Below, one piece after another: positions 35,047-44,636 of a DNA stretch of 64,000 nt. The stretch's first letter is position 1; every line of letters starts with the position of its first letter. Under the pieces are notes generated by a model. It was not told the origin of the DNA and did not search any database. It was given only the letters and a program-made list of their open reading frames with translations. Position numbers and translations under genes: made by a program. This stretch comes from a virus. The stretch covers positions 1 to 64,000 of the IMG/VR virus record IMGVR_UViG_3300020202_000002, one strand, 5' to 3'.

Positions 35047-36858
35047 ATGGCAGAGTGCCTATTTCTGACGGATCAAGCGAAGGCCGATCTGGAATCTCTG
35101 GGCTGGACCTTCGTGGGACCTTACGAATCCGAAGACGCCTGCGTGAGCCAGAACCAGGAAACCGGCACTGGCACGTCCACTGGCACAGGGCACGTGTACG
35201 TCGACCTCACCTGTCCGGGCGAGCAACTGACCGGCGACCAGGAGGTAACGTTCGCCATCGGCGTCAGTGCCCCACACGTCACGACCCTGGAGGTGGATCT
35301 CGTCAGTACCGGCTGCTTCAGCATCACCTTCGCGACCACGACTGGGATCTCGTGGAGCGTCGGCGCGAACGGCGGGACGATCCAGTCCTTTCAGGGCAGC
35401 GTGTCGGCTGTCGCGAATGCGCTTGCGAGTATCACGGTGGTGACGACCACGCCATCGGCTACCGTCGACTTCACGGTCGCCGACATCGAGAACAGCAGCT
35501 ACGCCTTCGACGAATGCAACGTCGTCATCACGGCGACCGACACGGGGACGGGAACTGGCACTGGCACTAGTACTGGTAGCCCGTCGTCGGGATGCGGATC
35601 GCCAACGGAGCTACCGGCACCACCATTCAGCTACGAAGACAATAACATCGACGCGCAGAAGTGGTACCACGTCGAATTGGACCCTGGTACGACGTATGCG
35701 CTTTCGCTCATTGCAATAGCAGGTCACGACACCGTACGGCTGGAACTGTACACCGGCTGTGACGGCCACGGACGAGGAACAGGGTTTTTTGGCGCTGTAG
35801 ACACTGAATTCTCTGGACCCAACGAGTTCAGCTGCGGGGAGATAACTGGTATCTCCGACCTATGGATGCTGGCGGTCACTGTTGGAGCTACGTATCGCAT
35901 CGACATGGATCCTGGCACTTGCGGCAGCCAGACGGGGACAGGAACTGGCACGCTCACTGGTTGTGAAGAAGCGACCTCACTCACTCTCGGTGCTATCCAA
36001 GCTGGCAGCATCACTGGCACGTCGGAGCGTGACTGGTACGTCATGACAGGCCTGGACCCTGATACGCAGTACAGCATCAACCTGTGGACACAGGGCACAC
36101 CAGCTGGCGTTCTGACAGGGGCGCTGTACACGACATGCGAGCGCACCGGCGAAGGCTCAGGCGTGGGTGGGGTTCCCCAAATTCTGACGGCCGACAGCAG
36201 CGACTACGGCCAATGCTCGAACATCGTCGTGGGCGTGACGACGCTGTACATCGAGGTGCAGTACAACAACGCCGGCTCTGCGGATTACGAGCTGGCGGTT
36301 TACGAGGGGCTTTGCACGGATACCGGGACGGGAACAGGAACGGGGAGTGATGGGGGTGGCGCTGAGAGCCCACAGGGTCCACTGTTCCCAGGTACTGGCG
36401 CTAGCGATGCGTCGGTCGGCGTCACTGCGTGGACCAATCCTGGGAATATATCCGCTGATGATGGAGTGTACGCGACGTGTACGTCCAATTCGCCGCAATA
36501 CCTCAAAGCTACCAACTTCGGCTTCTCCATTCCCGATGGCGCGACAATCGACGGTATCGAGGTCAAGATTCAGCTGTTCAGGACCGGACCGCGCGTGCAC
36601 ACCGTGAGCAACGTTCGCATGGTTAAGGCGGACGGATCGATATCGACGACCAATCGCGCCTCCGACAACACGGTGATCAACACCACAGAAACTGAGAACA
36701 CGTACGGCGGCGACTCGATCCTGTGGGGGGAGACATGGACGGCGGCGGACATCAACGACGCTGACTTCGGAGTCGTTTTCAACTCCGCGCCCGGTGGAGG
36801 CAAGGGCATTCCCACGATCAGCGTGGATTGCATCACTGTGAAAGTTTGGTTCCATTGA
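35047..36858 (+). CDS. multi-domain tail fibre/receptor-binding protein with Thr-Gly linkers
   Basis: four TGTG tracts separate beta-rich domains; C-terminal AWTNPGNI...LKATNFGFSIP.GATIDGIEV domain. Confidence 0.65.
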   Translation: MAECLFLTDQAKADLESLGWTFVGPYESEDACVSQNQETGTGTSTGTGHVYVDLTCPGEQLTGDQEVTFAIGVSAPHVTTLEVDLVSTGCFSITFATTTGISWSVGANGGTIQSFQGSVSAVANALASITVVTTTPSATVDFTVADIENSSYAFDECNVVITATDTGTGTGTGTSTGSPSSGCGSPTELPAPPFSYEDNNIDAQKWYHVELDPGTTYALSLIAIAGHDTVRLELYTGCDGHGRGTGFFGAVDTEFSGPNEFSCGEITGISDLWMLAVTVGATYRIDMDPGTCGSQTGTGTGTLTGCEEATSLTLGAIQAGSITGTSERDWYVMTGLDPDTQYSINLWTQGTPAGVLTGALYTTCERTGEGSGVGGVPQILTADSSDYGQCSNIVVGVTTLYIEVQYNNAGSADYELAVYEGLCTDTGTGTGTGSDGGGAESPQGPLFPGTGASDASVGVTAWTNPGNISADDGVYATCTSNSPQYLKATNFGFSIPDGATIDGIEVKIQLFRTGPRVHTVSNVRMVKADGSISTTNRASDNTVINTTETENTYGGDSILWGETWTAADINDADFGVVFNSAPGGGKGIPTISVDCITVKVWFH

Positions 36859-36859
36859 G

Positions 36860-37495
36860 ATGGGAGTCGTCGTACCAGTCGTAGGACCGATGAGGAGCGG
36901 CACAAGCCTCGTCAGCAGCATCGTCCATGTTCTCGGCGTCTGCATGGGCGAGCGGTGGATAACCGAAGACCCAGAGTGGTGCAGGGACGGCTTCTGGTGC
37001 GATGACGAGTTCCACGAGCTATTTGTCGAGGTGCTCGGAGGATATCCCGGCCACTTCACCGTCGACACGTTCAACCGCGATGCGCTACCCAAGTTGAAGG
37101 ACCAGGTAGCCAAGAGGGAGGGGACCTACGTTCGCTGGGGCGTCAAGAGTCACCTGCTGTCCTTCGTCTGGCCTCACTGGTGGCCGCTGTGCTCGCACGA
37201 GATTCGAGCTATCTTCCCGTGCAGACCGCCCGCCGAGTCGATTGCGTCACTGGCGGCTAGAACCGGACACACCGAAGAATGGGCTGCGGACTACCTGCAA
37301 CCCTTCTTCGCGTCAGTGGCAGAAGCCAAGAGATTCCACGGGGAAAAGCTGTTCGTCGACTACGACACGCTCTTGGCTGACCCGGTAGCCGAGGTGGGCC
37401 GCATAGCGGAGTTCCTTGGCGTCAGCGTGACGCAGTACGCCATCGCCAGAGTCAAGCCGGAGTTGAGGCGATTCAATCAGCGCCTTCACATTTGA
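36860..37495 (+). CDS. sulfotransferase family protein
   Basis: PAPS-binding loop VGPMRSGTS; WGVK; R.P.ESIAS; VDYDTLLADP. Confidence 0.8.
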   Translation: MGVVVPVVGPMRSGTSLVSSIVHVLGVCMGERWITEDPEWCRDGFWCDDEFHELFVEVLGGYPGHFTVDTFNRDALPKLKDQVAKREGTYVRWGVKSHLLSFVWPHWWPLCSHEIRAIFPCRPPAESIASLAARTGHTEEWAADYLQPFFASVAEAKRFHGEKLFVDYDTLLADPVAEVGRIAEFLGVSVTQYAIARVKPELRRFNQRLHI

Positions 37496-37664
37496 CGACG
37501 ATCGTGCTGCCGCCGGACGCGCGAGACACCTCGAAACCGTCGACGATCACGACAACGTCCTTCTTGCGCGATCCGGACGCCTCCGCGATCACCATAAACG
37601 TGAAGCACGCGAAAGCGAGCAAAAGAGAGATCCACCAGGATTCGGCTTTCAGATAGGTGAGCAT
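37473..37664 (-). CDS. small membrane protein (moron)
   Basis: GGAGGA RBS on the minus strand; TM helix WWISLLLAFACFTFMVIA. Confidence 0.5.
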   Translation of the reverse strand: MLTYLKAESWWISLLLAFACFTFMVIAEASGSRKKDVVVIVDGFEVSRASGGSTIVVKCEGAD

Positions 37665-37812
37665 AGATCCTCCAAGTCGGGCAAGTGTGTTCGGCATGGT
37701 GACTTCCTAAGTGAATCATTCGAACGTTTCAGACCGGCATTTGCCCGATGTGGGTTTTCTTGCGGCGCACCGAATCGCGGTCTGTGGCAGAGGCCGAGCG
37801 GCGAAAGATTGA

Positions 37813-37841
37813 TTGCATGCCTAGCAGCCGCTAGCCATAAT
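37813..37841 (+). promoter_or_regulatory. sigma-70-type promoter
   Basis: TTGCAT-N17-CATAAT; ATG 37848 lies 6 nt downstream with no RBS. Confidence 0.5.
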
Positions 37842-37847
37842 TGGCTC

Positions 37848-38141
37848 ATGGAATCATGGCTCGCAAATCCAGAGTGCGAATGGTATCCGCAGAAGTGGAT
37901 CGGATGCCTTCGCTGTGAATGCCGCTACCCCGAGGATCTCGTTGTCTCCGAGTTGTGTGCGGTGTGCCGATATATTGCCTTGAAACACTCTGGATATCGA
38001 TTTGGGGCCAATGACAACCGTCTACTTGCCGAGGCTGCGGACATGATGCGTCACTATCGCGACAACTCTCCTAACAACAAAGCCGTTCGACTCGCCGAAA
38101 TACTCGCCGACATGGAGGAAGCCTTCCGCGTAATCAACTGA
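37848..38141 (+). CDS. hypothetical Cys-rich protein (moron)
   Basis: CLRC...CAVC; more AT-rich than neighbours. Confidence 0.5.
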   Translation: MESWLANPECEWYPQKWIGCLRCECRYPEDLVVSELCAVCRYIALKHSGYRFGANDNRLLAEAADMMRHYRDNSPNNKAVRLAEILADMEEAFRVIN

Positions 38142-38263
38142 TGTGCGTTTGTGTCGTTTGGTGTGGTGGCCATCGCATTTCGACAAATTCGAAAAATCGT
38201 CCCTGACGCCAGCTGCACGCGCCCGATAGGATAGAGTCAGCGTCGCAGAATGGATTTCTGCAA

Positions 38264-39034
38264 ATGAAGTGGTCCTACGGCATCACCACCGTCCCGACAC
38301 GACGGCTGGACCTCTTGCCGCGCACGCTCGCCTCTCTCGCCGCCGCAGGGTTCGATAGACCACGCCTCTTCGTCGATGGTGGACTTCCCGGAAGCCAGCT
38401 CTACCGCGATCTCGGATTGCCGACCACCATCCGGGACCGCATCTCACGTGAAGTCAACGACCGCCCAAACACCACGGCCTATGGTCATCCGTTCGGCAAC
38501 TGGATGCTGGGGCTGCTCGAACTGTACGTCCGCGAGCCGCACGCCGATCGCTACGCGATGTTCCAGGACGATATTGTCGCCTGCCGCAATCTGCGGTCAT
38601 TCCTTGAGGCGTCCCCGTATCCGGACCGCGCCTATCTGAACCTGTACACGGTCCACTTTAACTACCGATTTTGCCCCAAGGATTCCCAGAAGTTGCCCCA
38701 GCGCGGCTGGTTCGTCACCTCGCAGCGCGGCCTGGGGGCAGTGGCAACCGTGTTCAGCCGAGATGCGTTGCTGGCGCTCTTCTCGAACGACCACATGGTC
38801 CGCCGGCCGATCGACAAGGGCCGCGGGCACAAGGCGGTCGACGGGGGAATCGTCGAGTCGATGAAGAAGGCGGGCTGGCGCGAATACTGCCATCACCCAA
38901 GCCTCGTGCAGCACATCGGCGACAAGAGCGCCATCGGCAACAACCTGAAGAACGACGACCCGGACAAGCACCACGCGACCTCGCCGACGTTTCCTGGCGA
39001 GAGCCACGATGCCCTGGAATTCCTCAGGGGGTGA
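38264..39034 (+). CDS. GT-A fold glycosyltransferase
   Basis: RLFVDG; YAMFQDD acidic motif; PSLVQHIG. Confidence 0.75.
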   Translation: MKWSYGITTVPTRRLDLLPRTLASLAAAGFDRPRLFVDGGLPGSQLYRDLGLPTTIRDRISREVNDRPNTTAYGHPFGNWMLGLLELYVREPHADRYAMFQDDIVACRNLRSFLEASPYPDRAYLNLYTVHFNYRFCPKDSQKLPQRGWFVTSQRGLGAVATVFSRDALLALFSNDHMVRRPIDKGRGHKAVDGGIVESMKKAGWREYCHHPSLVQHIGDKSAIGNNLKNDDPDKHHATSPTFPGESHDALEFLRG

Positions 39035-39037
39035 GCC

Positions 39038-39298
39038 ATGGCGTGGAAGTGGGGCGACAAACTGAAGTCGGCATTCGAGCTGGTGGGCATCACCGAGGAT
39101 CGCGCCGCGAAGTTTCTGGGCGAGCATTGCAACTGCCCGAAGCGCCGAGAGGCTCTGAACGCCTTCAGCGACTGGGCCGAACGACTGGCAAGCCGCCTGA
39201 TGGGCGCGAAAGAGGAGCACGAAAAGGAAATCGTCAAGGATCAGGGCTTGCAGGAGCTGGAAGTCCTGATGGACCGACCACCGAGGAGCAACAAATGA
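39038..39298 (+). CDS. small conserved phage protein
   Basis: GDKL...CNCPKRREALN motif. Confidence 0.6.
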   Translation: MAWKWGDKLKSAFELVGITEDRAAKFLGEHCNCPKRREALNAFSDWAERLASRLMGAKEEHEKEIVKDQGLQELEVLMDRPPRSNK

Positions 39299-39981
39299 AG
39301 TGGGCCTACGGTGTGACCACTGTGCCCGAGCGTCGCAAGGATCTTCTGCCGCGAACGCTGGCCAGCCTTGAGAAAGCAGGATTTCCGGCCCCGCGGTTGT
39401 TTGTTGACGGGGCCACGTCTGGCGTCGAGTGGTCCGGACTGTTCGGTCTGGAAATCACGTTTCGCCACCCGAGGATGCACGCCTTCGGCAACTGGTTGCT
39501 CAGCCTACAGGAGCTTCTCATCCGCGAGCCGGCAGCAGATCGCTACGCCATGTTCCAGGACGATCTTGAGGCGTGCCGGGGGCTGAGGAGTTATCTGGAA
39601 AAGACCAGCATGGAAGGGCCGGTGTACCTGAACTGCTTCACGACGGCAGCAAGCGCCAACGGCGACGGCTGGCATCCATCCAAGCGTCCGGGAACCGGAG
39701 CTGTCGCCCTGGTGTTCAATCGTGAGACGGTAACGACTCTCCTTCAGCAGTCCTGGCTGCACGGTCAGCCGCTCGATGGCATCCGCCGCAAGGCTTACAT
39801 CGACGACTGCGTGAGGCGCTGCCTGCAACCGCTGTTCTACGTCGAAATGGTGCACGGCCCGAGCCTGGTGCAGCACACCGGTGCTTTGTGCTCCACAGTC
39901 GGCAGCAGTATGCAGCTGGTAGCGGATGGATGGAGCGAGAACGTGTTGGACGGCGCTGGCGCTTTGGTAGGACAAACATAG
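39295..39981 (+). CDS. GT-A fold glycosyltransferase (paralog of 38264)
   Basis: MKWAYGVTTVP.RR.DLLPRTLASL; YAMFQDD; PSLVQHTG. Confidence 0.75.
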   Translation: MKWAYGVTTVPERRKDLLPRTLASLEKAGFPAPRLFVDGATSGVEWSGLFGLEITFRHPRMHAFGNWLLSLQELLIREPAADRYAMFQDDLEACRGLRSYLEKTSMEGPVYLNCFTTAASANGDGWHPSKRPGTGAVALVFNRETVTTLLQQSWLHGQPLDGIRRKAYIDDCVRRCLQPLFYVEMVHGPSLVQHTGALCSTVGSSMQLVADGWSENVLDGAGALVGQT

Positions 39982-40006
39982 GGGGCCGGAACGCAAGGAG
40001 TCGCGG

Positions 40007-40804
40007 ATGAGGCTTGGGGTTGTTGGTGGGGGCGTAGTCGGCCACGCTATGGCGCGGGCGTTCATGGAGCATTCCGAAGGTGGCACTCGTGTCTACGACG
40101 TGGTGCCGGAGCGATGCACGCACTCACTTGAAGATGTTCTTTCCTGCGACCTGATCTTCGTCTGTCTGCCGACACCGGCGAATGAAGACGGGTCGTGCAA
40201 GACTTCGTTTGTCGAACAATTCTTTCGGGACGTTGGCACGTCCGCTTTCGCCGATCGCAACTTTGTGCTGCGGTCCACGGTGCCGGTCGGCACAACCAAG
40301 AAGCTGGGCGAACGCTACGGCGTCAAGAATCTGGTGCACTCGCCTGAGTTTCTGACGGCGCGATGTTCGGTGGCCGATGCGCAGGTACCGGCGCGGAACA
40401 TCGTGGGCATACCGCACCCCAGCGCGGCAACCAGCCTTCTCGCAGAGTTGTACAAGCGGCGCTTCCCAGGCATTCCCGTCCACATCACGACGAGCGACGA
40501 GAGCGAGGCCGTGAAGCTCATGCAAAACAGCTTTTTCCTTACGAAAATCGCCATTTTCAACGAGTTCTACCAGTTTGCCCAGGCGCGAGGGATGAACTGG
40601 TCTCGCGTACTGGCTGGGCTACTCAGCGACGGGCGGATTGCGCACGCCCACACTCAGGTTCCTGGTGTGGACGGCTTATTTGGCGCGGGCGGAGCCTGTT
40701 TGCCAAAGGACATCGCGAACCTCGTGCACTGCATGGGTGACGAAGCTGTCGTCATCCGCGCGGCGATGGAGAGGAATAAGCGGGACAGGGAGAGGGTGGC
40801 ATGA
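40007..40804 (+). CDS. UDP-glucose/GDP-mannose dehydrogenase family (short form)
   Basis: GGGVVG, FVCLPTP, STVPVGTT, PEFL, catalytic GGACLPKD; C-terminal domain absent. Confidence 0.88.
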   Translation: MRLGVVGGGVVGHAMARAFMEHSEGGTRVYDVVPERCTHSLEDVLSCDLIFVCLPTPANEDGSCKTSFVEQFFRDVGTSAFADRNFVLRSTVPVGTTKKLGERYGVKNLVHSPEFLTARCSVADAQVPARNIVGIPHPSAATSLLAELYKRRFPGIPVHITTSDESEAVKLMQNSFFLTKIAIFNEFYQFAQARGMNWSRVLAGLLSDGRIAHAHTQVPGVDGLFGAGGACLPKDIANLVHCMGDEAVVIRAAMERNKRDRERVA

Positions 40805-40980
40805 CGCTTGAAAATCGCATCGACGACATCCCATACGGTGGTGGCTGGTGGAAGTCGGCAGGTCGTGACATGTTCCTTGAACTTGCTCGCGAGATGATGC
40901 GCAAAGGTCTGACAGAGGAGGATGCCATTGGCATCCTCACATCGGCTTACTGCACAGTGGCAGCGGAGTTTGGCAATTGA
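40801..40980 (+). CDS. hypothetical protein
   Basis: 59-aa ORF coupled on both sides. Confidence 0.5.
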   Translation: MTLENRIDDIPYGGGWWKSAGRDMFLELAREMMRKGLTEEDAIGILTSAYCTVAAEFGN

Positions 40981-42248
40981 ACATCATCACCCACACAACC
41001 TGCCGCTGCTGCGGCTCCGAGAACATGACGCCCCTGTTTTCGCTGGGCGAGCATTTCGTGTCGGATTTCGTGGACCGCGAGCACATCTACGACGGTACCG
41101 AGTGCCCGATCGATCTGGAACAATGCCGCGATTGCACGCTGGTGCAGATGAAGCACACCGCGCCCCAGGAGTTGCTCTACAGCGGCCACTACTGGTACGT
41201 GTCGGGCCGGACGCAAACCATGCGAGATGCCCTGCGCGACGTTGCCGCAGCAGCCGAGCGCGTGGCCAACCTCAAGGCTGGTGACGTGGTGCTCGACATC
41301 GGCTCCAACGACGGAACGTTTCTGCGATCCTACGAAGTTTCCGGACTGATCAAGGTAGGCGTTGAACCGGCCAAGAACCTCGCTGAAGAAGGGGCGAAGG
41401 GCGTCGGCTACTTCTTCCAGGAGTTCTGGCCTCTGTCCGAGAGGACGCTGGAGAACATGCGTCTGGGCGGCGTCGATCTCTCCGGGGAGCGGAAGGCCAA
41501 GGTCATCACGGCGCTGGGGATGCTTTACGATGCCGAGGACCCGAATGCCTTCGTCGCTGGTGTTGCCAGGTGCCTAGCGAAAGACGGGGTCTTCATCGCG
41601 CAACTGATGTGCGCCAAGAACATGCTGGCCGTGGCTGACGTTGGCAACCTGTGCCACGAGCACCTGCTTTTCTTTTCATTGAGATCCCTCGAATCTCTCT
41701 TCGCCAAGCACGGGCTGGAAATCTTCGACATCGAGACGAATGCGGTCAACGGCGAAAGCTACCGTCTGTACGTTCGGCACAAGGATTCATGGATCGGCGC
41801 ATCGCCAGAAGCGTCCAACAGGTGGATAGACGCTTTCAACGCCGAGGCCAGCATTGGACTGAACGGTCCGGACGCGATGATGTTCTTCTACCGGCGCGCG
41901 TGCGAGAACCGACAAGCCGTCGTGGACTGCGTGCGCTCGGCTGTAGCGGACGGAAAGACCGTGGCAGTGCTTGGCGCGAGCACCAAAGGTAACACTTTGT
42001 TGCAGTGGTGGAGCTTCGATTCGTCCGTCATCTCGTTCGCAGCGGAGCGCTCGCCGGAGAAGCACGGCAAGTTCACGATCGGCACAGGCATCCCCATCGT
42101 CAGCGAAGAGGAGTTTCGGCGACGGCAGCCGGATTTCGCTTTGATACTCCCATACGCTTTTGAGGCAGAGATTCGCGAGCGCGAGCGCGAATGGCACGAG
42201 CGGGGAGGCAGGTTTATCTTACCCCTACCAGAAGTGAGGATCACATGA
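40977..42248 (+). CDS. NDP-hexose C-methyltransferase
   Basis: Zn site CRCC...CRDCTLVQ; LDIGSNDG; CHEH; GASTKGNTLL. Confidence 0.88.
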   Translation: MNIITHTTCRCCGSENMTPLFSLGEHFVSDFVDREHIYDGTECPIDLEQCRDCTLVQMKHTAPQELLYSGHYWYVSGRTQTMRDALRDVAAAAERVANLKAGDVVLDIGSNDGTFLRSYEVSGLIKVGVEPAKNLAEEGAKGVGYFFQEFWPLSERTLENMRLGGVDLSGERKAKVITALGMLYDAEDPNAFVAGVARCLAKDGVFIAQLMCAKNMLAVADVGNLCHEHLLFFSLRSLESLFAKHGLEIFDIETNAVNGESYRLYVRHKDSWIGASPEASNRWIDAFNAEASIGLNGPDAMMFFYRRACENRQAVVDCVRSAVADGKTVAVLGASTKGNTLLQWWSFDSSVISFAAERSPEKHGKFTIGTGIPIVSEEEFRRRQPDFALILPYAFEAEIREREREWHERGGRFILPLPEVRIT

Positions 42249-42403
42249 TGAGAACCGTGTGCGCGGCGTTTGCCGGTGTCCTACTAGCTAGCCTTTTCGG
42301 GTGGCCTAGTGTGCTCGTTCTCATCGTGTTCGTGCTGTGGGATATGCACAACGAGCTCTCCGCCACTGCGAAACCGACGCGACGGGAGCCGTTGCGTGAC
42401 TGA
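42245..42403 (+). CDS. small membrane protein
   Basis: hydrophobic; coupled. Confidence 0.4.
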   Translation: MMRTVCAAFAGVLLASLFGWPSVLVLIVFVLWDMHNELSATAKPTRREPLRD

Positions 42404-42584
42404 CGCCAGCAACTACGCCTTGGCGCTTAGCAAGGCTCAGCGAGCCGTCAAACGCTTGTCCAACTTCAAGCCACCAGTTCGCAGGGGCCGGTCGTTGCGA
42501 ATGATGCAGCGAATCGGGCGTAACGATCCGTGCCCCTGCGGCAGTGGGGTGAAGTTCAAGCGGTGCCACGGAGCAAGGGAATGA
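42396..42584 (+). CDS. SEC-C motif protein
   Basis: [20 protein letters not shown]. Confidence 0.7.
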   Translation: MTDASNYALALSKAQRAVKRLSNFKPPVRRGRSLRMMQRIGRNDPCPCGSGVKFKRCHGARE

Positions 42585-43573
42585 CGCAACGTGCGCTAAT
42601 AACCGGATGCGGTGGCCAGGACGGATCGTTCCTGTGTGACCTACTGTTGGAACGCGGCTATGAGGTCCACGGCATCGTCCGCCGTTCGTCCCTGGACAAC
42701 CTCGCCCGCATCGCCCACTGCCGCGACAAGATCATCCTGCACCAAGGCGACGTGACGGACGCCAGCTGCCTCGAAGGCATCATTGCTGACGTATCCCCGC
42801 ATGAGGTCTACCACGAAGCGGACCAGGACTCCGTAGGCTGGTCGCACGTCACCCCCGCGTACCAGGTCGAGGTCACCGTCAAGGCCACGGTGCATCTGCT
42901 CGAAGCCTGCCGCGTTCAGTGCCGCGAGGCGAGAATCTTCCTGCCATGCTCAGCCATGATGTTCGGCGACCCGGCATTTACCGACCTCACGGGCATGCAA
43001 GACGAGCAATCGCCGTTGAACCCGCAGAGCCCGTACGGCGTGGCGAAATGCCACGTCTTTTACATGGGGCGCATGTATCGCCAGCGGCACGACATGTTCG
43101 TGGCCAACGGGATCCTGTTCAACCACGACAGCGAGCGTCGTTCCGAGCACTACCTTCTGCACAAGATCTGCCGCGGCGTGAAACGCATCGCCGCCGGCCA
43201 GCAGCACACACTCGCTCTGGGCAACCTCGACGGCCGCGTGGACGTGGGCTATGCCCGCGATTACATGGAAGCTGCCATCGCCATGTTGCAGTTCAAGAAG
43301 CCCGACGACTTCGTGATCGCCACGGCGCAGGCGCATTCGGTGGAGGACATGGTGCACTTCGCCTTCCAGCGGGCGGGCATGAAGATCGGGCCGCGCGATC
43401 TGAGCAACTACATCACCGTGGATCCGCAGTTTTACTACCAGGCAAGGGGCATTCTGCGAGGCAATCCGGAGAAGGCGTGGAACTGCCTCAACTGGCGGGC
43501 GACAACGCACATCAAGGACCTCATCGGCATCATCATGGACGGCGAGAGGGCGGAAGGGGGCAAGGCAGCATGA
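42581..43573 (+). CDS. gmd: GDP-mannose 4,6-dehydratase-like protein
   Basis: [34 protein letters not shown]...[14 protein letters not shown]. Confidence 0.82.
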   Translation: MTQRALITGCGGQDGSFLCDLLLERGYEVHGIVRRSSLDNLARIAHCRDKIILHQGDVTDASCLEGIIADVSPHEVYHEADQDSVGWSHVTPAYQVEVTVKATVHLLEACRVQCREARIFLPCSAMMFGDPAFTDLTGMQDEQSPLNPQSPYGVAKCHVFYMGRMYRQRHDMFVANGILFNHDSERRSEHYLLHKICRGVKRIAAGQQHTLALGNLDGRVDVGYARDYMEAAIAMLQFKKPDDFVIATAQAHSVEDMVHFAFQRAGMKIGPRDLSNYITVDPQFYYQARGILRGNPEKAWNCLNWRATTHIKDLIGIIMDGERAEGGKAA

Positions 43574-43848
43574 GTGTTACCCACATCGCGGGGCGACCCG
43601 TTGCTCTCCGCGGGCATCTGAACCGTGTCATCCAGCGGTGCGCCCTGTGCGGAGCGATGATGGACGACCGCAGCATCGGACTGATGATCGTGAAGGCGGG
43701 GCATGCGGGCCTGACGCCGTACCCCGAGGGCCACCTGATCCGGTTCAAGACGGAAGAGGGGCCGACCGTTCGCAGCGACCTGGGGCCGATCAATCAGCGG
43801 AACGAGTTGCCGGCCGACTTCTGCCTGAGGGATGTGGACAAGCAATGA
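43570..43848 (+). CDS. hypothetical protein
   Basis: VTHIAG...QRCALCG; coupled. Confidence 0.55.
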   Translation: MSVTHIAGRPVALRGHLNRVIQRCALCGAMMDDRSIGLMIVKAGHAGLTPYPEGHLIRFKTEEGPTVRSDLGPINQRNELPADFCLRDVDKQ

Positions 43849-44636
43849 GAGCACTATCGTGTCCGAAGATTATAGTTGATGGTCGCCAAGCAGAAGACTT
43901 GAGAGGCCGCGTATTCAACAGATTGACAGTGGAATCGCTGGGAGAAAGAGACCGACAGGGCAGGCTGCAATGGAAGTCTCGTTGTACGTGCGGCAATGTT
44001 GTCGTTTGTCGCCGTGATCATCTTACGTCAGGAAACACGCAAAGCTGCGGGTGTTTGCAGTACGAAATGTTTGTTAGGCGTATCACCACTCATGGTATGT
44101 CTGGAGGCAGGCGCGGCAGGATTCCCGAATACATAGTCTGGAACAACATGCACCAGCGTTGCTTCAATCCGGACAACCCGCGATGGCCACACTACGGTGG
44201 CCGCGGCATCTCTGTGTGCGATCGTTGGCAATCATTCTCGGCGTTCTTGGCTGACATGGGGCGAAGACCTGGCAAGGAGTATCAAATAGAACGCAAGGAT
44301 AATAACTCTGGATATTCGCCAGACAACTGCATTTGGGCAACATCGCACAAGCAAACCAGAAACACGCGGCGAAATCTGTTTCTCTCATTTGCTGGCAGAA
44401 CAATGTGCTTGACGGATTGGGCTAGCGAAATGTCATTGAGACCTGGATGCATACGCAAGCGACTTGCTCTAGGCTGGCCCATTGGTGACGCTTTGACATT
44501 GCCAGCCAAGCAAGCCGGTCCCCACTGGGAGCAATCGAAACTCAAGATTGGTGCAGCACATCGTGGTCGACAGTTAACCATTCGCCACCGAGCAAAACTT
44601 CGAGCCTCATGGTTAAGACGTAAAGGAGGCCAGTAA
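43845..44636 (+). CDS. free-standing HNH-type homing endonuclease
   Basis: DLRG.VFNRLTV, C.CGN, SCGC, YGGRGISVCDRW, IERKDNN.GYSPDNC.WAT. Confidence 0.85.
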   Translation: MRALSCPKIIVDGRQAEDLRGRVFNRLTVESLGERDRQGRLQWKSRCTCGNVVVCRRDHLTSGNTQSCGCLQYEMFVRRITTHGMSGGRRGRIPEYIVWNNMHQRCFNPDNPRWPHYGGRGISVCDRWQSFSAFLADMGRRPGKEYQIERKDNNSGYSPDNCIWATSHKQTRNTRRNLFLSFAGRTMCLTDWASEMSLRPGCIRKRLALGWPIGDALTLPAKQAGPHWEQSKLKIGAAHRGRQLTIRHRAKLRASWLRRKGGQ

